IMG/VR virus record: IMGVR_UViG_3300031857_000009
Origin: a virus
Taxonomy: Duplodnaviria > Heunggongvirae > Uroviricota > Caudoviricetes
Length of the DNA: 64,000 nt
Reading direction: 5' to 3' (one strand)
The translations under genes were made by a program, and so were the position numbers. The notes beneath the pieces were generated by a model. The model was not told the DNA's origin. It worked only from the letters and a program-made list of their open reading frames with translations, and did not search any database. Positions 38,601-50,424 of the stretch are shown piece by piece (the first letter of the stretch is position 1; each line of letters opens with the position of its first letter).

Positions 38601-41600
38601 TAACGGTTCTTGTGGGGGTGTTGGTAGGGGTTACGGTATTAGTTGGAGTGTTTGTTGGGGTATTTGTTGGGGTTACGGTATTAGTTGGAGTGTTTGTTGG
38701 GGTATTTGTTGGGGTTACGGTATTAGTAGGGGTATTGGTTGGGGTATTTGTTGGGGTTACGGTATTAGTAGGGGTATTGGTTGGAGTTAATGTAGGTGTA
38801 ACGGTTCTTGTGGGGGTGCTGGTAGGGGTTACGGTGTTAGTTGGAGTGTTGGTAGGTGTGTTAGTTGGCGTAACGGTGTTAGTTGGAGTCACAGTCGGAC
38901 TCAATGTAGGTGTTACTGTATTTGTTGGGGTGTTGGTAGGGGTATTTGTAGGTGTTACGGTGTTGGTAGGTGTAACTGTTGGACTCAATGTAGGAGTCAC
39001 AGTATTTGTTGGTGTATTTGTAGGTGTGTTAGTTGGGGTAACGGTATTAGTTGGAGTGTTGGTTGGTGTATTTGTTGGTGTTACTGTGTTAGTAGGGGTA
39101 TTTGTGGGAGTATTTGTAGGTGTTACGGTGTTGGTAGGTGTAACTGTTGGACTCAATGTGGGAGTCACAGTTTTAGTAGGAGTATTTGTAGGTGTTACGG
39201 TGTTGGTAGGTGTGTTTGTTGGGGTATTGGTTGGAGTTACCGTATTCGTCGGAGTATTAGTAGGGGTGTTAGTTGGAGTTACAGTGTTTGTTGGTGTGTT
39301 TGTAGGGGTATTGGTAGGTGTTACTGTGTTAGTAGGAGTATTTGTAGGAGTATTGGTTGGTGTTACGGTATTTGTAGGAGTTACAGTTGGTGTTAATGTA
39401 GGAGTCACCGTGTTTGTTGGGGTATTGGTGGGAGTATTTGTAGGGGTTACCGTATTTGTCGGTGTATTGGTTGGTGTTAAAGTAGGTGTAACCGTTCTTG
39501 TTGGAGTGTTAGTTGGTGTAACCGTATTTGTAGGAGTATTAGTAGGGGTGTTGGTAGGGGTTACAGTATTCGTAGGGGTATTGGTTGGTGTATTCGTGGG
39601 TGTGACAGTATTAGTTGGTGTTACGGTTGGACTCAGTGTAGGGGTTACTGTATTGGTTGGAGTGTTAGTTGGGGTATTTGTAGGTGTAACTGTATTTGTT
39701 GGGGTGTTTGTAGGTGTATTAGTTGGTGTAACTGTATTAGTTGGTGTATTCGTAGGGGTTTGAGTTGGTGTAACAGTATTTGTAGGAGTCACAGTCGGAC
39801 TCAATGTGGGAGTCACGGTCTTAGTCGGTGTGTTAGTAGGGGTAACTGTGTTCGTAGGAGTTACCGTAGGACTCAATGTAGGGGTGACAGTGTTGGTTGG
39901 AGTATTGGTTGGTGTGTTGGTTGGTGTTACGGTGTTTGTAGGAGTTACTGTATTAGTAGGAGTGTTCGTAGGGGTATTGGTAGGGGTTACTGTGTTAGTT
40001 GGAGTGTTAGTAGGTGTATTGGTAGGAGTAACTGTATTGGTTGGTGTATTTGTGGGTGTAACAGTGTTAGTTGGTGTGTTAGTTGGTGTGTTGGTAGGAG
40101 TTACGGTGTTAGTTGGAGTATTTGTAGGTGTCTGAGTTGGTGTAACTGTATTCGTAGGGGTTACAGTCGGACTCAGTGTAGGTGTTACTGTGTTAGTCGG
40201 GGTAACTGTAGGTGTATTTGTTGGAGTTACAGTGTTGGTTGGGGTGTTGGTTGGAGTTACGGTGTTCGTTGGAGTATTGGTTGGTGTATTAGTTGGGGTT
40301 ACTGTATTAGTTGGAGTATTGGTTGGGGTATTGGTTGGAGTTACAGTCTTGGTTGGTGTGTTGGTTGGTGTTACGGTGTTTGTTGGAGTATTGGTTGGAG
40401 TGTTTGTGGGGGTGTTGGTTGGTGTTACGGTGTTTGTTGGGGTGACTGTATTGGTTGGAGTGTTTGTTGGGGTGTTGGTGGGAGTATTTGTAGGGGTTAC
40501 CGTATTTGTCGGTGTATTGGTTGGTGTTAAAGTAGGTGTAACCGTTCTTGTTGGAGTTACAGTCGGACTCAATGTTGGAGTTACTGTATTGGTTGGTGTT
40601 AGTGTCGGGCTTAATGTTGGTGTAACAGTACTAGTTGGGGTATTGGTTGGGGTGTTGGTTGGAGTTACCGTATTGGTTGGTGTATTCGTCGGTGTATTTG
40701 TAGGTGTAACAGTATTCGTAGGTGTTACAGTTGGAGTATTGGTTGGGGTTACTGTGTTAGTTGGAGTATTGGTGGGGGTATTGGTTGGAGTAACAGTATT
40801 TGTTGGTGTCACAGTCGGACTCAATGTTGGTGTAACAGTTTTTGTTGGGGTATTTGTCGGTGTCTGAGTTGGTGTTACGGTATTGGTTGGCGTATTGGTA
40901 GGAGTATTGGTTGGCGTATTTGTTGGAGTTACGGTATTAGTTGGTGTGACTGTATTGGTTGGGGTGTTAGTCGGCGTGTTCGTAGGGGTGTTGGTTGGTG
41001 TTACCGTATTTGTTGGTGTATTAGTAGGTGTGTTAGTAGGTGTTACTGTATTTGTAGGCGTGTTCGTGGGAGTCTGAGTTGGTGTTACAGTGTTAGTAGG
41101 AGTGTTAGTTGGCGTGTTAGTGGGTGTAACAGTATTAGTAGGAGTCACCGTTGGACTCAATGTAGGTGTAACAGTATTGGTTGGTGTGTTGGTCGGAGTG
41201 TTGGTAGGAGTTACAGTATTAGTAGGAGTCACCGTTGGACTCAATGTAGGTGTAACTGTATTTGTTGGGGTATTTGTTGGGGTATTGGTAGGAGTTACTG
41301 TATTAGTCGGAGTGTTGGTCGGGGTGTTGGTTGGAGTAACAGTGTTGGTGGGAGTATTGGTTGGAGTGTTAGTTGGTGTATTTGTTGGGGTTACGGTGTT
41401 GGTTGGAGATACCGTATTTGTAGGAGTATTGGTTGGAGTGTTAGTTGGGGTTAGTGTTGGGGTTACGGTGTTTGTTGGGGTATTGGTAGGTGTATTGGTT
41501 GGTGTAACGGTATTTGTAGGAGTAACAGTGTTGGTTGGAGTATTGGTAGGACTTAATGTTGGCGTATTAGTTGGGGTTACGGTGCTGGTTGGAGTCACTG

Positions 41601-44600
41601 TTGGACTCAATGTAGGTGTAACTGTATTTGTTGGTGTGTTGGTAGGAGTGTTTGTAGGAGTCACAGTATTAGTAGGAGTCACAGTTGGACTTAATGTGGG
41701 AGTTACTGTATTAGTTGGAGTGTTGGTAGGTGTGTTAGTTGGGGTTACTGTATTTGTCGGGGTATTGGTTGGGGTATTTGTTGGTGTAACGGTGTTGGTC
41801 GGAGTGTTTGTGGGAGTATTTGTAGGAGTTACTGTGTTCGTAGGAGTTACTGTAGGACTCAATGTTGGTGTTACTGTATTTGTTGGGGTGTTAGTAGGAG
41901 TGTTTGTTGGAGTCACCGTGTTTGTTGGGGTATTGGTGGGAGTATTTGTTGGTGTAACAGTATTTGTTGGGGTGTTAGTTGGGGTGTTGGTAGGAGTTAC
42001 CGTATTGGTTGGTGTGTTAGTTGGGGTGTTGGTAGGAGTTACCGTATTGGTTGGTGTGTTAGTAGGAGTGTTTGTTGGTGTAACAGTATTGGTTGGTGTG
42101 TTAGTAGGAGTGTTTGTTGGTGTAACAGTATTGGTAGGAGTTACAGTTGGGGTGTTGGTTGGAGTTACAGTATTAGTAGGCGTATTGGTAGGAGTATTAG
42201 TTGGAGTTACTGTATTTGTAGAAGTATTGGTAGGAGTATTGGTAGGGGTGACAGTATTGGTGGGCGTATTGGTAGGAGTATTGGTTGGGGTGACTGTATT
42301 TGTTGGAGTATTTGTTGGGGTGTTAGTTGGAGTTACTGTATTTGTAGGAGTATTGGTAGGAGTATTGGTAGGGGTGACAGTATTGGTGGGGGTGTTTGTA
42401 GGAGTATTGGTAGGGGTGACAGTATTGGTTGGAGTATTAGTTGGGGTGACTGTATTTGTTGGAGTATTTGTTGGGGTGTTGGTAGGGGTGTTGGTAGGAG
42501 TTACAGTATTGGTTGGAGTAACTGTATTGGTTGGAGTGTTTGTCGGGGTATTTGTAGGTGTCAGTGTCGGTGTTACGGTATTTGTTGGAGTATTAGTAGG
42601 AGTGTTAGTTGGTGTAACCGTATTTGTTGGTGTATTTGTGGGTGTATTGGTAGGAGTAACTGTATTGGTAGCCGTATTGGTAGGAGTGTTGGTTGGTGTA
42701 TTAGTTGGTGTGACTGTATTGGTCGGAGTTACCGTCGGTGTATTTGTTGGGGTTACGGTATTGGTAGGGGTTACTGTTGGTGTATTCGTAGGCGTGTTTG
42801 TTGGGGTTACGGTATTTGTTGGAGTATTAGTGGGGGTATTCGTAGGTGTATTGGTTGGTGTTACGGTGTTAGTTGGGGTATTTGTAGGGGTTTGAGTTGG
42901 TGTAACGGTATTGGTTGGAGTCACTGTTGGACTCAATGTTGGCGTTACCGTATTGGTAGGAGTATTAGTTGGCGTATTGGTAGGAGTAACTGTGTTGGTT
43001 GGGGTGTTGGTAGGAGTGTTAGTTGGTGTTACAGTATTAGTTGGTGTGTTAGTTGGTGTGTTTGTTGGTGTTACGGTGTTCGTAGGGGTGTTAGTAGGTG
43101 TCAGTGTTGGGGATACCGTATTGGTAGGAGTGTTAGTTGGTGTATTTGTAGGGGTTACCGTATTGGTAGGAGTATTAGTTGGTGTATTTGTAGGAGTAGC
43201 AGTATTAGTAGGGGTATTTGTTGGAGTATTGGTCGGTGTTACAGTGTTTGTTGGAGTGTTGGTTGGTGTTACAGTGTTTGTTGGGGTGTTTGTCGGAGTG
43301 TTGGTTGGGGTATTCGTTGGTGTTACAGTATTTGTAGGGGTTACGGTGTTGGTTGGAGTATTGGTGGGGCTTAATGTTGGGGTATTTGTAGGGGTTACGG
43401 TGTTGGTTGGGGTCGCTGTTGGAGTCAATGTAGGTGTAACTGTATTGGTTGGGGTATTGGTAGGAGTATTGGTTGGGGTAACAGTATTGGTAGGAGTAAC
43501 TGTTGGACTCAATGTAGGAGTAACTGTATTGGTAGGAGTGTTTGTTGGTGTATTGGTTGGTGTTACAGTATTAGTTGGAGTATTTGTTGGAGTTAAAGTT
43601 GGTGTAACAGTTTTTGTTGGTGTATTAGTTGGGGTGTTAGTAGGAGTTACTGTATTGGTTGGTGTGTTTGTGGGAGTATTGGTTAATGTAACGGATGGTG
43701 TTACAGTGTTGGTTGGTGTTACCGTTGGAGTATTGGTGGGTGTTGGGGTGCTCGTTGGAGTTGGTGAGGGTAACATTGTATAATCAATGTCACAAGAAGG
43801 TGCTGGTGTTGGTGAAACCGTCACAGTTACACTTGGTGTATTTGTTGGAGTTACAGTATTGGTTGGAGTTACAGTATTTGTCGGGGTGTTTGTGGGGGTA
43901 ACTGTATTGGTTGGAGTCACTGTTGGACTCAATGTTGGTGTTACAGTGTTAGTAGGAGTGTTGGTCGGCGTGTTAGTTGGAGTATTGGTTGGTGTTACGG
44001 TGTTAGTTGGTGTTACCGTAGGACTCAATGTAGGAGTCACAGTATTGGTAGGTGTATTGGTTGGAGTATTGGTTGGTGTTACGGTGTTAGTTGGTGTTAC
44101 CGTAGGACTCAATGTAGGAGTCACAGTATTCGTTGGTGTGTTTGTAGGTGTATTAGTCGGAGTTACGGTGTTGGTTGGAGTTACGGTATTTGTGGGAGTG
44201 TTTGTAGGAGTGTTGGTAGGAGTGTTTGTTGGAGTTACGGTGTTGGTTGGGGTATTGGTTGGGGTATTGGTTGGTGTAACGGTATTTGTAGGAGTATTTG
44301 TAGGTGTCTGAGTTGGAGTTACTGTATTCGTCGGTGTGTTTGTTGGGGTGTTGGTAGGAGTTACGGTATTGGTAGGACTTAATGTTGGAGTGTTAGTTGG
44401 AGTATTTGTTGGAGTTACTGTGTTGGTTGGAGTATTCGTAGGTGTAACCGTATTTGTTGGTGTATTAGTTGGGGTGTTTGTAGGTGTATTAGTTGGTGTC
44501 ACAGTTTCTGTTGGAGTCACTGTAACAGTATTGGTTGGTGTGACTGTATTGGTAGGGGTTACGGTGTTGGTTGGTGTAAGTGTTGGTGTTTCTGTGGGAG

Positions 44601-46089
44601 TATTTGTTGGTGTGTTGGTGGGGGTATTTGTTGGTGTTTCGGTTGGTGTATTTGTAGGTGTATTAGTTGGAGCTACCGTATTTGTTGGAGTTACAGTTGG
44701 AGTGTTAGTTGGGGTAACCGTTGGTGTAACAGTATTGGTAGGAGTATTGGTTGGGGTTTGAGTTGGTGTAACGGTTGCAGTATTTGTTGGTGTTAGGGTA
44801 GGTGTTTCAGTTTGTGTTACAGTGGGTGTATTGGTTGGAGTTACAGTATTGGTTGGAGTTACAGTTGAGGTATTAGTCGGAGTGTTAGTTGGTGTTATGG
44901 TGTTGGTTGGGGTATTGGTAGGTGTTTCGGTAGGGGTAACGGTTGGACTCAGTGTTGGTGTTACTGTGTTAGTCGGAGTATTAGTTGGGGTGTTGGTTGG
45001 TGTTTCGGTAGGGGTAACGGTTAGGGTTACGGTGTTGGTTGGAGTATTGGTTGGTGTTTCGGTTGGTGTTTCGGTTGGTGTATTAGTTGGGGTAACAGTA
45101 TTGGTTGGAGTTACAGTTGGGGTAACAGTTGGGGTAACAGTTGGAGTTACGGTGTTGGTTGGGGTATTGGTTGGTGTTTCGGTTGGTGTTTCGGTTGGTG
45201 TATTAGTTGGGGTAACAGTATTTGTTGGGGTGTTAGTGGGTGTTTCAGTCGGTGTATTAGTTGGGGTATTGGTTGGTGTTTCGGTAGGGGTTACTGTATG
45301 AGTTGGTGTATTGGTAGGTGTTTCGGTAGGGGTTACCGTATTTGTTGGAGTTACAGTTGGAGTTTCGGTAGGGGTAACTGTATTTGTTGGGGTGTTGGTA
45401 GGTGTTTCAGTTGGTGTATTGGTTGGGGTTACCGTATTTGTTGGGGTTACAGTTGGAGTTTCGGTCGGAGTAACAGTTGGTGTCTCGGTTGGTGTAACTG
45501 TATTCGTAGGAGTTACAGTAGGTGTGTTGGCTGGTGATTCGGTTGGAGTTACTGTGTTAGTTGGGGTAACTGTAGGAGTTTCAGTTGGGGTAACCGTTGG
45601 GGTATTTGTTGGGGTATTGGTTGGAGTTACTGTGTTAGTTGGAGTAACTGTAGGAGTTTCAGTTGGGGTAACTGTAGGCTCGTTTGTTGGAGTATTAGTC
45701 GGAGTTACGGTATTCGTAGGAGTATTTGTTGGAGTGATAGTATTGGTTGGGGTAACAGTAGGTGTTTTTGTAACCGTAGGTGTAACAGTAGGGGTTTTGG
45801 TAACTGTTGGGGTTGGGGTATTTGAAGTAAAGGTTGTTGGTGTTGGTGTTAATGATGGTGTAAGTGTTGGTGAAGGTGTAGGTGAAGGTGTAGGGCAAGG
45901 AATCTCAGCCACACAAGTTTTATCAAGTGACGGAAAATAAACTGAGTAAGTACCTAAGTAGTAGTTTGTGTCGTAATAATATGGCATCACGACAGTACCT
46001 AAATTCAAGGTACCGCCAGTACAAGGATAAAATGTGATAACACCAATTTCACCATCAAAATTACCTGTGTTTATTTTTATTAATGCCAT
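29671..46089 (-). CDS. Giant 5472-aa Thr/Pro/Asn/Val repeat protein with a small N-terminal domain and Cys-rich C-terminal modules
   Basis: Single uninterrupted 16.4-kb ORF; amino-acid repeat conserved while synonymous positions vary; upstream promoter-like motif; embedded in the tail gene cluster. Confidence 0.85.
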   Translation of the reverse strand: MALIKINTGNFDGEIGVITFYPCTGGTLNLGTVVMPYYYDTNYYLGTYSVYFPSLDKTCVAEIPCPTPSPTPSPTLTPSLTPTPTTFTSNTPTPTVTKTPTVTPTVTKTPTVTPTNTITPTNTPTNTVTPTNTPTNEPTVTPTETPTVTPTNTVTPTNTPTNTPTVTPTETPTVTPTNTVTPTESPANTPTVTPTNTVTPTETPTVTPTETPTVTPTNTVTPTNTPTETPTNTPTNTVTPTETPTVTPTNTVTPTETPTNTPTHTVTPTETPTNTPTNTPTETPTNTPTNTVTPTNTPTETPTETPTNTPTNTVTPTVTPTVTPTVTPTNTVTPTNTPTETPTETPTNTPTNTVTLTVTPTETPTNTPTNTPTNTVTPTLSPTVTPTETPTNTPTNTITPTNTPTNTSTVTPTNTVTPTNTPTVTQTETPTLTPTNTATVTPTQTPTNTPTNTVTPTVTPTNTPTVTPTNTVAPTNTPTNTPTETPTNTPTNTPTNTPTETPTLTPTNTVTPTNTVTPTNTVTVTPTETVTPTNTPTNTPTNTPTNTVTPTNTPTNTVTPTNTPTNTPTLSPTNTVTPTNTPTNTPTNTVTPTQTPTNTPTNTVTPTNTPTNTPTNTVTPTNTPTNTPTNTPTNTVTPTNTVTPTNTPTNTPTNTVTPTLSPTVTPTNTVTPTNTPTNTPTNTVTPTLSPTVTPTNTVTPTNTPTNTPTNTPTNTVTPTLSPTVTPTNTVTPTNTPTNTVTPTNTVTPTNTPSVTVTVSPTPAPSCDIDYTMLPSPTPTSTPTPTNTPTVTPTNTVTPSVTLTNTPTNTPTNTVTPTNTPTNTPTKTVTPTLTPTNTPTNTVTPTNTPTNTPTNTVTPTLSPTVTPTNTVTPTNTPTNTPTNTVTPTLTPTATPTNTVTPTNTPTLSPTNTPTNTVTPTNTVTPTNTPTNTPTNTPTNTVTPTNTPTNTVTPTNTPTNTPTNTATPTNTPTNTPTNTVTPTNTPTNTPTNTVSPTLTPTNTPTNTVTPTNTPTNTPTNTVTPTNTPTNTPTNTVTPTNTPTNTPTNTVTPTLSPTVTPTNTVTPTQTPTNTPTNTVTPTNTPTNTPTNTPTNTVTPTNTPTNTPTVTPTNTVTPTNTPTVTPTNTVTPTNTPTNTPTNTATNTVTPTNTPTNTPTNTVTPTNTPTNTPTNTVTPTLTPTNTPTNTPTNTVTPTNTVTPTNTPTNTPTNTPTNTVTPTNTPTNTVTPTNTPTNTPTNTVTPTNTPTNTPTNTVTPTNTPTNTPTNTVTPTNTPTNTPTNTVTPTNTPTNTSTNTVTPTNTPTNTPTNTVTPTNTPTVTPTNTVTPTNTPTNTPTNTVTPTNTPTNTPTNTVTPTNTPTNTPTNTVTPTNTPTNTPTNTVTPTNTPTNTPTNTVTPTNTPTNTPTNTVTPTLSPTVTPTNTVTPTNTPTNTPTNTVTPTNTPTNTPTNTVTPTNTPTNTPTNTVTPTLSPTVTPTNTVTPTNTPTNTPTNTVTPTLSPTVTPTSTVTPTNTPTLSPTNTPTNTVTPTNTVTPTNTPTNTPTNTVTPTLTPTNTPTNTPTNTVSPTNTVTPTNTPTNTPTNTPTNTVTPTNTPTNTPTNTVTPTNTPTNTPTNTVTPTLSPTVTPTNTVTPTNTPTNTPTNTVTPTLSPTVTPTNTVTPTNTPTNTPTNTVTPTQTPTNTPTNTVTPTNTPTNTPTNTVTPTNTPTNTPTNTPTNTVTPTNTVTPTNTPTNTPTNTPTNTVTPTQTPTNTPTKTVTPTLSPTVTPTNTVTPTNTPTNTPTNTVTPTNTPTVTPTNTVTPTNTPTNTPTNTVTPTNTPTNTPTSTVTPTLSPTLTPTNTVTPTLSPTVTPTRTVTPTLTPTNTPTNTVTPTNTPTNTPTNTPTNTVTPTNTVTPTNTPTNTPTNTPTNTVTPTNTPTKTVTPTNTPTNTPTNTVTPTNTPTNTPTNTVTPTNTPTNTVTPTNTPTVTPTNTVTPTLSPTVTPTNTVTPTQTPTNTPTNTVTPTNTPTNTPTNTVTPTNTPTNTVTPTNTPTNTPTNTVTPTNTPTNTPTNTVTPTNTVTPTNTPTNTPTNTVTPTLSPTVTPTNTVTPTNTPTKTVTPTLSPTVTPTNTVTPTQTPTNTPTNTVTPTNTPTNTPTNTVTPTNTPTNTPTNTVTPTLSPTVTPTNTVTPTNTPTNTPTNTVTPTNTPTNTPTNTVTPTNTPTRTVTPTLTPTNTPTNTVTPTNTPTNTPTNTVTPTLTPTVTPTNTVTPTNTPTNTPTNTVTPTNTPTNTPTNTVTPTNTPTNTPTNTVTPTNTPTNTPTNTVTPTNTPTKTVTPTLSPTVTPTNTVTPTNTPTNTPTNTVTPTNTPTNTPTNTVTPTNTPTNTPTNTVTPTLSPTVTPTNTVTPTNTPTNTPTNTVTPTLSPTVTPTNTVTPTNTPTNTPTNTVTPTSTPTRTVTPTLTPTNTPTNTVTPTNTPTNTPTNTVTPTNTPTNTPTNTVTPTNTPTNTPTNTVTPTNTPTRTVTPTLTPTNTPTNTVTPTNTPTNTPTNTVTPTNTPTNTPTNTVTPTLSPTVTPTNTVTPTNTPTNTPTNTVTPTNTPTKTVTPTLSPTVTPTNTVTPTNTPTNTPTNTVTPTNTPTNTPTNTVTPTNTPTNTITPTNTPTKTVTPTLTPTNTPTNTPTNTVTPTNTVTPTNTPTNTVTPTNTPTNTPTNTPTNTVTPTNTPTKTVTPTLTPTNTVTPTNTPTNTPTNTVTPTNTPTNTPTNTVTPTNTPTNTVTPTLSPTVTPTNTVTPTNTPTKTVTPTLTPTNTPTNTVTPTNTPTNTVTPTNTPTNTPTNTVTPTQTPTNTPTNTVTPTNTPTNTVTPTLSPTVTPTNTVTPTNTPTNTPTNTVTPTNTPTKTVTPTLTPTNTPTNTVTPTNTPTNTVTPTLTPTNTPTNTPTNTVTPTNTVTPTNTPTKTVTPTQTPTNTPTNTPTNTVTPTNTVTPTNTPTNTVTPTNTVTPTNTVTPTNTVTPTNTVTPTNTPTRTVTPTLTPTNTPTNTVTPTNTPTNTPTNTVTPTNTPTNTVTPTNTPTNTPTKTVTPTLTPTVTPTNTVTPTNTPTNTNTPTNTPTNTPTNTVTPTNTPTKTVTPTLTPTNTPTNTPTNTVTPTNTVTPTNTPTKTVTPTLTPTNTPTNTVTPTNTPTNTPTNTVTPTNTPTKTVTPTLTPTNTPTNTVTPTNTPTNTPTNTVTPTNTVTPTLSPTNTPTNTVTPTNTPTNTPTNTVTPTNTPTKTVTPTLTPTNTPTNTPTNTVTPTNTVTPTNTPTNTVTPTNTVTPTNTVTPTNTVTPTNTVTPTNTPTKTVTPTLTPTNTPTNTVTPTQTPTNTPTNTVTPTNTPTKTVTPTLTPTNTPTNTVTPTQTPTNTPTNTVTPTNTVTPTNTPTNTPTNTVTPTLTPTNTPTNTVTPTNTPTKTVTPTLTPTNTPTNTPTNSVTPTNTVTPTNTPTNTVTPTNTVTPTNTVTPTNTVTPTNTVTPTNTPTKTVTPTQTPTNTPTNTVTPTNTPTNTPTNTVTPTNTPTKTVTPTLTPTNTPTNTVTPTNTPTKTVTPTLTPTNTVTPTNTPTNTPTNTVTPTNTPTNTVTPTLSPTVTPTNTVTPTNTPTKTVTPTLTPTNTPTNTVTPTNTPTNTPTKTVTPTVTPTNTVTPTNTPTNTPTNTVTPTLSPTVTPTNTVTPTNTPTNTPTNTVTPTNTPTNTPTNTVTPTNTPTNTPTNTVTPTNTPTNTPTNTVTPTNTPTKTVTPTLTPTNTPTNTPTNTVTPTNTVTPTNTPTKTVTPTNTPTNTPTNTPTNTVTPTNTVTPTNTPTNTPTKTVTPTLSPTVTPTNTVTPTNTPTNTVTPTNTPTKTVTPTLTPTNTPTNTVTPTLSPTVTPTNTVTPTNTPTNTPTKTVTPTLTPTNTVTPTLTPTNTPTNTPTNTPTNTVTPTNTVTPTNTPTNTPTKTVTPTLTPTNTPTNTVTPTNTPTRTVTPTLTPTNTPTNTVTPTNTPTNTPTNTVTPTNTPTNTVTPTNTPTKTVTPTLTPTNTPTNTPTNTVTPTNTPTNTVTPTNTPTNTPTNTVTPTNTPTKTVTPTLTPTNTPTNTPTNTVTPTNTVTPTNTPTKTVTPTNTPTNTPTNTVTPTNTPTNTPTNTVTPTNTPTNTVTPTQTPTNTPTKTVTPTLTPTNTVTPTLSPTNTPTNTVTPTNTPTNTPTNTVTPTNTPTNTPTNTVTPTNTVTPTRTPAATVSPTNTPTNTPTNTVTPTNTPTNTPTNTVTPTNTPTKTVTPTFTPTNTVTPTNTPTNTPTNTVTPTNTPTNTPTNTVTPTNTPTNTVTPTRTPAATVSPTNTPTNTPTNTVTPTNTPTNTPTNTVTPTNTPTKTVTPTNTPTNTVTPTNTPTNTPTNTVTPTNTPTNTPTNTVTPTNTPTNTVTPTRTPAATVSPTLTPTNTPTNTVTPTNTPTRTVTPTFTPTNTPTNTVTPTNTPTNTPTNTVTPTNTPTNTVTPTRTPAATVSPTLTPTNTPTNTPTNTVTPTNTVTPTNTPTNTPTKTVTPTFTPTNTPTNTVTPTNTPTNTPTNTVTPTNTPTNTVTPTRTPAATVSPTLTPTNTPTNTPTNTVTPTNTVTPTNTPTNTPTNTVTPTNTPTNTPTNTVTPTNTPTNTVTPTRTPAATVSPTLTPTNTPTNTPTNTVTPTNTVTPTNTPTRTVTPTLTPTNTPTNTVTPTNTPTNTPTNTVTPTNTPTNTVTPTRTPAATVSPTLTPTNTPTNTPTNTVTPTNTVTPTNTPTRTPAATVSPTVTPTNTPTNTVTPTRTPAATVSPTVTPTNTPTNTVTPTLTPTKTVTPTASPQYVAARFESCCPGDTNVYYGQVPLGTLLGTVFYLQDIQLCATYVQQVGPGGTIYTTVQTSCAQCLGETLNFCPSPTPTPTPTRTVTPTNTVTPTNTPTRTVTPTLTPTNTPTNTVTPTRTPAATVSPTVTPTNTPTRTVTPTLTPTNTPTNSVTPTRTPSVTPTNTPTKTVTPTLTPTLTPTSTVTPSPSLQVGYVYLLPCCDGGILGNTISYLSITTNLTYVQSGISQGQTIVINGCCYFVEGYSQTYSPPNFSGVDGYYPPSSFSVDTCETCIGANPCATWIFDLQRCGCCGTTGQYTIQFGCQNGFNPNLLVNRYISINGCCYFVTNSVGPGVPGSAITAYGTYNTCTECETYHPCPSPTPTVTPTVTPTLTPTKTPTNTPTRTVTPTLTPTNTPTNTPTKTVTPTFTPTNTPTKTVTPTFTPTNTPTKTVTPTFTPTNTPTRTVTPTLTPTNTPTNTPTKTVTPTNTPTNTPTPSPVSNPSSTPTPTPTPTPTPTPPCVCESYIITGLGPGNIVNYTTCCGGGTPTEILDPNVYPASGTIEICSCSIPSVLGPYGGEITYDGACGDCLCTDFFVDINDLTASDDNQVYFAYQCCDGTFTTQGYNAPGNYSVCLMRVTNVFILFRGNFVPPIYTSQYTYGTGCGDYCNTFCGEAC
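31670..45900 (-). repeat. ~14.2-kb coding low-complexity repeat (TPTN 12-nt and TVTPTN 18-nt units in 30- and 42-nt combinations)
   Basis: Read directly. Exact tandem copies include the 30-mer at 37681-37740 and the 42-mer at 38629-38712; one unique island at about 43768-43800 (SCDIDYTML). Confidence 0.95.
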
Positions 46090-46127
46090 TTAAATCTACA
46101 GTCTTATCTATATCTATTTTTATTATA

Positions 46128-46158
46128 AAAATATACTCATTTATTCGGGTATTGTCAA
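46128..46158 (-). promoter_or_regulatory. Putative promoter of the giant repeat gene
   Basis: Minus strand TTGACA-N17-TATATT, also readable as TTG-N20-TATATTTT, about 40 nt upstream of the ATG. Confidence 0.65.
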
Positions 46159-46179
46159 CGTCTATTTTTACAGTTTTTA

Positions 46180-49100
46180 TCATGGACAATCAAAAATGGA
46201 ACTACTTAATTCCTCATTAGTTGGTTCTGTAGGACAATGGTTGGCATCGATATAATATTGACCGAGGTTGAATCCAATATTTGGATGTTTATCGTATTTG
46301 TGTTTCATCAGAATTTGGTCGCTGTTATTTCCATTGAAAACAACAACAAATTCATCAGTTAGTGGTGTATTGTCTAATTCAAAATTTAGATTGAAGTATA
46401 ATCCTGTATCGCAATAATTTAAGTCGACATCAATTACTTCTATGGTTTTACCATATTTGTTTATTAAATAATCCCCATGGTTATATAATTCTTTCGGATG
46501 GTCACAACAAGGTTCAATAAAATCTGTTGGTTTTTTTTGTAATTCCTCTGGGAACCTATCGTCAAAAAAGTAAACACTATTTGTAGGTGTTCCAAAATTT
46601 TCAATGATTCTATTTGTATAAACTCTTAGTTGTGTTGTTGGTAAAACTTCAAAAACTTCATAAGTATTATTTTGGGTTAATCCTGTAATGATACTTTTCT
46701 TGATTGATGCTAAACATTCAATGTCTGTAATTTCAAGTTTTTGATAGTTGTACGTAAATGAATACCCTGATACAGGTCCATTCACAATTTGTTGGTGACT
46801 ATATTCTGTACATTGTTTGTAAGATGCAGATAAAACATATTCCCCAACATTTAAATCACAAACACTTTTACCACTTATCGTACCACCACTAATATAACTT
46901 TCAATATTGTCATCTGTAGTTTGGTTGTCAATGGTTAATCCGCTATCAACTACTAAAACTATAGAGTCACATTTTAAACCATAGTTAAAGTTTGATTTGT
47001 ATTCAACTTTTGGTTGTATTGTGTAACCTGTGTAATTGTCACAATATGTTGCACCTGAAACAACTGAAATTGGGGATGATATTGTTCCTTGGTAACCAAC
47101 AATACTAAATAATTCTACGTGACTTTTTCCTGATGGTGTTGGACATGGGTCATGTTCAATTTTGGGTTGTAGACCTTCAATTTTGAATTTTACTTCTTTA
47201 TTTGCTGCATCTACAATATTAAAATCTATTACATCATTTTCTGAAAAACCAGTTAATTTATATACACAATCACTAACTTTTTGAATGTAAACATCCGCAT
47301 TTTCATTTGTTCCACTTACACAATTAGCATAAATGTTAAATGGCCATGTTGAACCTTGTTGGATACCTGTTTTGTATCCAATTACTTCAAAAAACACATC
47401 ACTCACTAATGTACATCCACTGTTTGAGTCGCAATAAACGGTATTATCAGTATAAACTTTAACACTGATTCCATTTGTATTTTTTGTGATTTTGTAATCG
47501 GCATCAAATCGATAATCAAAATAGTCGACCACTGAACATTCGTTTGGACCTAATTTTACGGATGAAAACTTAACTTTTTCAACACCATTTTCATCAGTGT
47601 ATGTTGTGTATTTTATTAATGGTATTGTTTCTGAAAAATATGTTTGGCCTGTGGTTCCCGTGAAAGCAGAATAGGGTTCATACCCTGCACTATTTCTTGT
47701 AATAGTTACGTCATCAATCAATACAGATAACGCCGATAACCATAGTTCTTTAATTTTAGTAACATCAGGTTCAAGATAATCTTTATAATCACATATTAAG
47801 GAAAGATTTACCGTATCACCACTGGTGACCCCACTTGTACATCCTGTAAATGGTTGTGCATCAAATAATTTTGCACTGTTTGAAGTGTTACTTGTTCCAC
47901 TAACAATCACATACATAGAGGATGTTAGACCCGTGTAGTCGGCCCCACCATAAACTGTTCCATCAATTTCAATTACAGGATAGTAAGTAACACCTGTAAG
48001 GTTTATTAAACCTCTAAAATTATTTTCTTCACCTAAAATATTTTCTAAATCTTCCTCAATTACATTTTCAAAATCAGGGTATAGTTCCTCAATAAATTCT
48101 AATGGTTGACAATCATATCTATATTGATATTTTGGTCTACCAAACACGTTATTTTCTATTAAATTACCGCCGGTCCATTGAGTGGTTGATGGTACTAATT
48201 GTTCAACTAATTGTGGCCAATAAGGTGATAATTTATTAACAAATTCAATAACATTTATTTGATTATATGGTGTAAAACCTGTTGTTTGTGATATATAATC
48301 TCTATAGACATCTTCTAATTGAATATAATTTTTTTTGTAACGAATTTTGTTAGAATTTGTTACAAGTCCATGAATAAAGGTGTCTAAAAATTCAGCAAAA
48401 GTTTTACCTGTTTGGGGTAATAAAGTATTTGTACCAAAACTTATTAATAATTCTCTACTTTGTCTAAAGATATCATAATCTATACCTCGTGATGGTGAGA
48501 TATAAATTCCAATGTTTTTTCTATTTAAAATTAATAAATAATCATCCTCAATTGGTTTTCCGTCTTTATTATCGACCGCGGAAACCAATTCATAACCGGT
48601 ATCTAAACCTGGTAATGTTCTATATAAATCAAAGTATTCTTCTCCGTATGTGTAGTTTTTATTCTTTGTTTTAATTGTTTTGGTGTTACCCGTTAGTATT
48701 GAGTTACTACTGTCTAAAACGAGTGGAGTACGGTGTGATAATGTAATATCGTACCATCCTGAACCTTTACCAAAGAATATGTTTTCAGTTTCGTTATATG
48801 CTCTTCTTGGTAGTCCAGTTTTTTCGTCTACAGGGTAACCCTCTCTGTCAAATGTTGTTGACGCTGAGTAGTAAACTTTAGAATATGTGAAACCTGTACT
48901 ATCAAAGGTGGCGTAAGAATATCTTTTGTTACCTTGAATCGCATCGTATATGTCTTGTTGTAAATTAAAACTAGATGGAATTGACGTTACTTTATAAATG
49001 TATTCATCAATCCTAATCAAAGGCTCGGGTGCCCCCAAAAATTTTAAAAAGAAATCAATAGAGGATTTTGTTCCTTTTGATTTATAAATGTGAGCAAGAT

Positions 49101-50424
49101 TTATAAGTAATCTTCGATAAAACTCATACTCAGCTTCAATTAAATTCGTACCGGTTGATACTCCGTCATAATTTGATTGTAATCTTGAATATAAAACATC
49201 ATTTAGACTATTTTCATCGAATAAATTTAATGTTGATAAACCTAAATTTTCTGCTAAGTTTTTTAAAAGTACATCAGGTAAATTATTAATTCCATCATAA
49301 CTTACGTTTCTCATATAAGCTATGTTGTCTATGTATTTCTTTACACTATCAAAGCTTTGACCATATAATTGAAATACACTTTCAGCTCTTTTATCTTCGG
49401 TGTCAAATTCAAATAACTGTGGTGCGGCTAAAAATCTAACCATTAGATTAGATTTATACACATCTATCTCATCAGCAATATCTTTTAATTTACCAACATA
49501 TAAATCGTAATCAAAACCGGTTATTTGTATGTTATAACCATCATTAGATATTGGCCAAGTTATTACAACATCAACCAAAGATGTTTTTGAATTGTCTTGA
49601 ACATCTCTCGGTACTTTAAATGATGAAGTATAAATTGGATTTGTTTCTCTATTTAAAAGTGATTCCTCTAAATCGTCTAACCCTTCGAAAAATTCTTCAA
49701 CTAAACCATCGTTTGGTCTTATCAATAAATTTTCTGAATATGTTGAACCAGTAAATGGTTGTCCATATACCTTTAAGTAAATTCTATTGTTTGTATTCGG
49801 TTCGCTGTATTCTAAAATTGGATATGGTGTGTTATTTGTAACAACAACATATTTTGTATAAGACGAATAAAAATTTCTTAATTCGTTTTCAGTTTCTGGT
49901 TTAACTACTGAATTAGGCTCAACAAAAACTAAATCAAAAGGATTGAATATTTTACTTCTTTCGATGTAAAAAGTTGTGGTATTGGTGCTATCGTTATATG
50001 TTATTCCACTAGCACTGTAATTAGAAACACCTATAGGACTGTCCGATAAGATTGAAATTCCACCCGGAAACTTGTTTATAATTCTAGTTAATGAAACTAA
50101 AATTCTACTTGTTAACGAACCAAATAAAGATTTATCGGCATATTTTTTGTTGCCCTTAAACCTTACTTCGTCAGTTCTCTTTTTTCTTGGTGTTGCTGAT
50201 GTTGTTTGAATACCCTCAACCTCTTTTAACGTATCTAATGTTAAAAATTGAGAGAATGGGTTACTCGTAAAATTTTTAGAATCTTTGTCAGGGATAGACT
50301 TATCAAGCGCAAATACGGTGTTGGTTAGTGCAGATGAACCATCAGTTATCTGTCTACCAACTAAGAAATCATTAAATGTTTCCGCTCCGCTTGACGCTTG
50401 ACTCGGTACTTTTCTCCTTGCCAT
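46180..50424 (-). CDS. Large baseplate wedge/tail protein (P2 gpI / T4 gp7-like segment)
   Basis: 1414 aa; LLKNLAENLG and IYKSKGTKSSIDFFLKFLG match the gpI-like KGT motif; baseplate context. Confidence 0.65.
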   Translation of the reverse strand: MARRKVPSQASSGAETFNDFLVGRQITDGSSALTNTVFALDKSIPDKDSKNFTSNPFSQFLTLDTLKEVEGIQTTSATPRKKRTDEVRFKGNKKYADKSLFGSLTSRILVSLTRIINKFPGGISILSDSPIGVSNYSASGITYNDSTNTTTFYIERSKIFNPFDLVFVEPNSVVKPETENELRNFYSSYTKYVVVTNNTPYPILEYSEPNTNNRIYLKVYGQPFTGSTYSENLLIRPNDGLVEEFFEGLDDLEESLLNRETNPIYTSSFKVPRDVQDNSKTSLVDVVITWPISNDGYNIQITGFDYDLYVGKLKDIADEIDVYKSNLMVRFLAAPQLFEFDTEDKRAESVFQLYGQSFDSVKKYIDNIAYMRNVSYDGINNLPDVLLKNLAENLGLSTLNLFDENSLNDVLYSRLQSNYDGVSTGTNLIEAEYEFYRRLLINLAHIYKSKGTKSSIDFFLKFLGAPEPLIRIDEYIYKVTSIPSSFNLQQDIYDAIQGNKRYSYATFDSTGFTYSKVYYSASTTFDREGYPVDEKTGLPRRAYNETENIFFGKGSGWYDITLSHRTPLVLDSSNSILTGNTKTIKTKNKNYTYGEEYFDLYRTLPGLDTGYELVSAVDNKDGKPIEDDYLLILNRKNIGIYISPSRGIDYDIFRQSRELLISFGTNTLLPQTGKTFAEFLDTFIHGLVTNSNKIRYKKNYIQLEDVYRDYISQTTGFTPYNQINVIEFVNKLSPYWPQLVEQLVPSTTQWTGGNLIENNVFGRPKYQYRYDCQPLEFIEELYPDFENVIEEDLENILGEENNFRGLINLTGVTYYPVIEIDGTVYGGADYTGLTSSMYVIVSGTSNTSNSAKLFDAQPFTGCTSGVTSGDTVNLSLICDYKDYLEPDVTKIKELWLSALSVLIDDVTITRNSAGYEPYSAFTGTTGQTYFSETIPLIKYTTYTDENGVEKVKFSSVKLGPNECSVVDYFDYRFDADYKITKNTNGISVKVYTDNTVYCDSNSGCTLVSDVFFEVIGYKTGIQQGSTWPFNIYANCVSGTNENADVYIQKVSDCVYKLTGFSENDVIDFNIVDAANKEVKFKIEGLQPKIEHDPCPTPSGKSHVELFSIVGYQGTISSPISVVSGATYCDNYTGYTIQPKVEYKSNFNYGLKCDSIVLVVDSGLTIDNQTTDDNIESYISGGTISGKSVCDLNVGEYVLSASYKQCTEYSHQQIVNGPVSGYSFTYNYQKLEITDIECLASIKKSIITGLTQNNTYEVFEVLPTTQLRVYTNRIIENFGTPTNSVYFFDDRFPEELQKKPTDFIEPCCDHPKELYNHGDYLINKYGKTIEVIDVDLNYCDTGLYFNLNFELDNTPLTDEFVVVFNGNNSDQILMKHKYDKHPNIGFNLGQYYIDANHCPTEPTNEELSSSIFDCP

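Noticed and set aside
39760-45537. Plus-strand Trp/Cys/Ser/Arg-rich ORFs (39760-40530, 42892-43374, 45298-45537)
   Set aside because: Shifted antisense frames of the same repeat; composition is a by-product.
31670-45900. CRISPR array or non-coding satellite
   Set aside because: No constant repeat with unique spacers; units are multiples of 3 with synonymous variation inside one ORF; no cas operon in the window.
31670-45900. Ice-nucleation/antifreeze beta-solenoid (regular TxT)
   Set aside because: Pro every 4-6 residues is incompatible with the beta-solenoid of known TxT ice-binding proteins; not supported without an assay.
31670-45900. G-quadruplex array on the G-rich plus strand
   Set aside because: GG/GGG runs follow directly from Pro/Thr codons on the opposite strand; no independent evidence of function.
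23045-45940. Many long plus-strand Val/Gly/Leu/Phe ORFs (up to 694 aa)
   Set aside because: Antisense shadows of Thr/Pro/Asn codons, which give no stop in that frame. Within the giant gene they break mainly where the sense strand has Thr-Gln (ACT CAR reads TGA). They lack credible starts.
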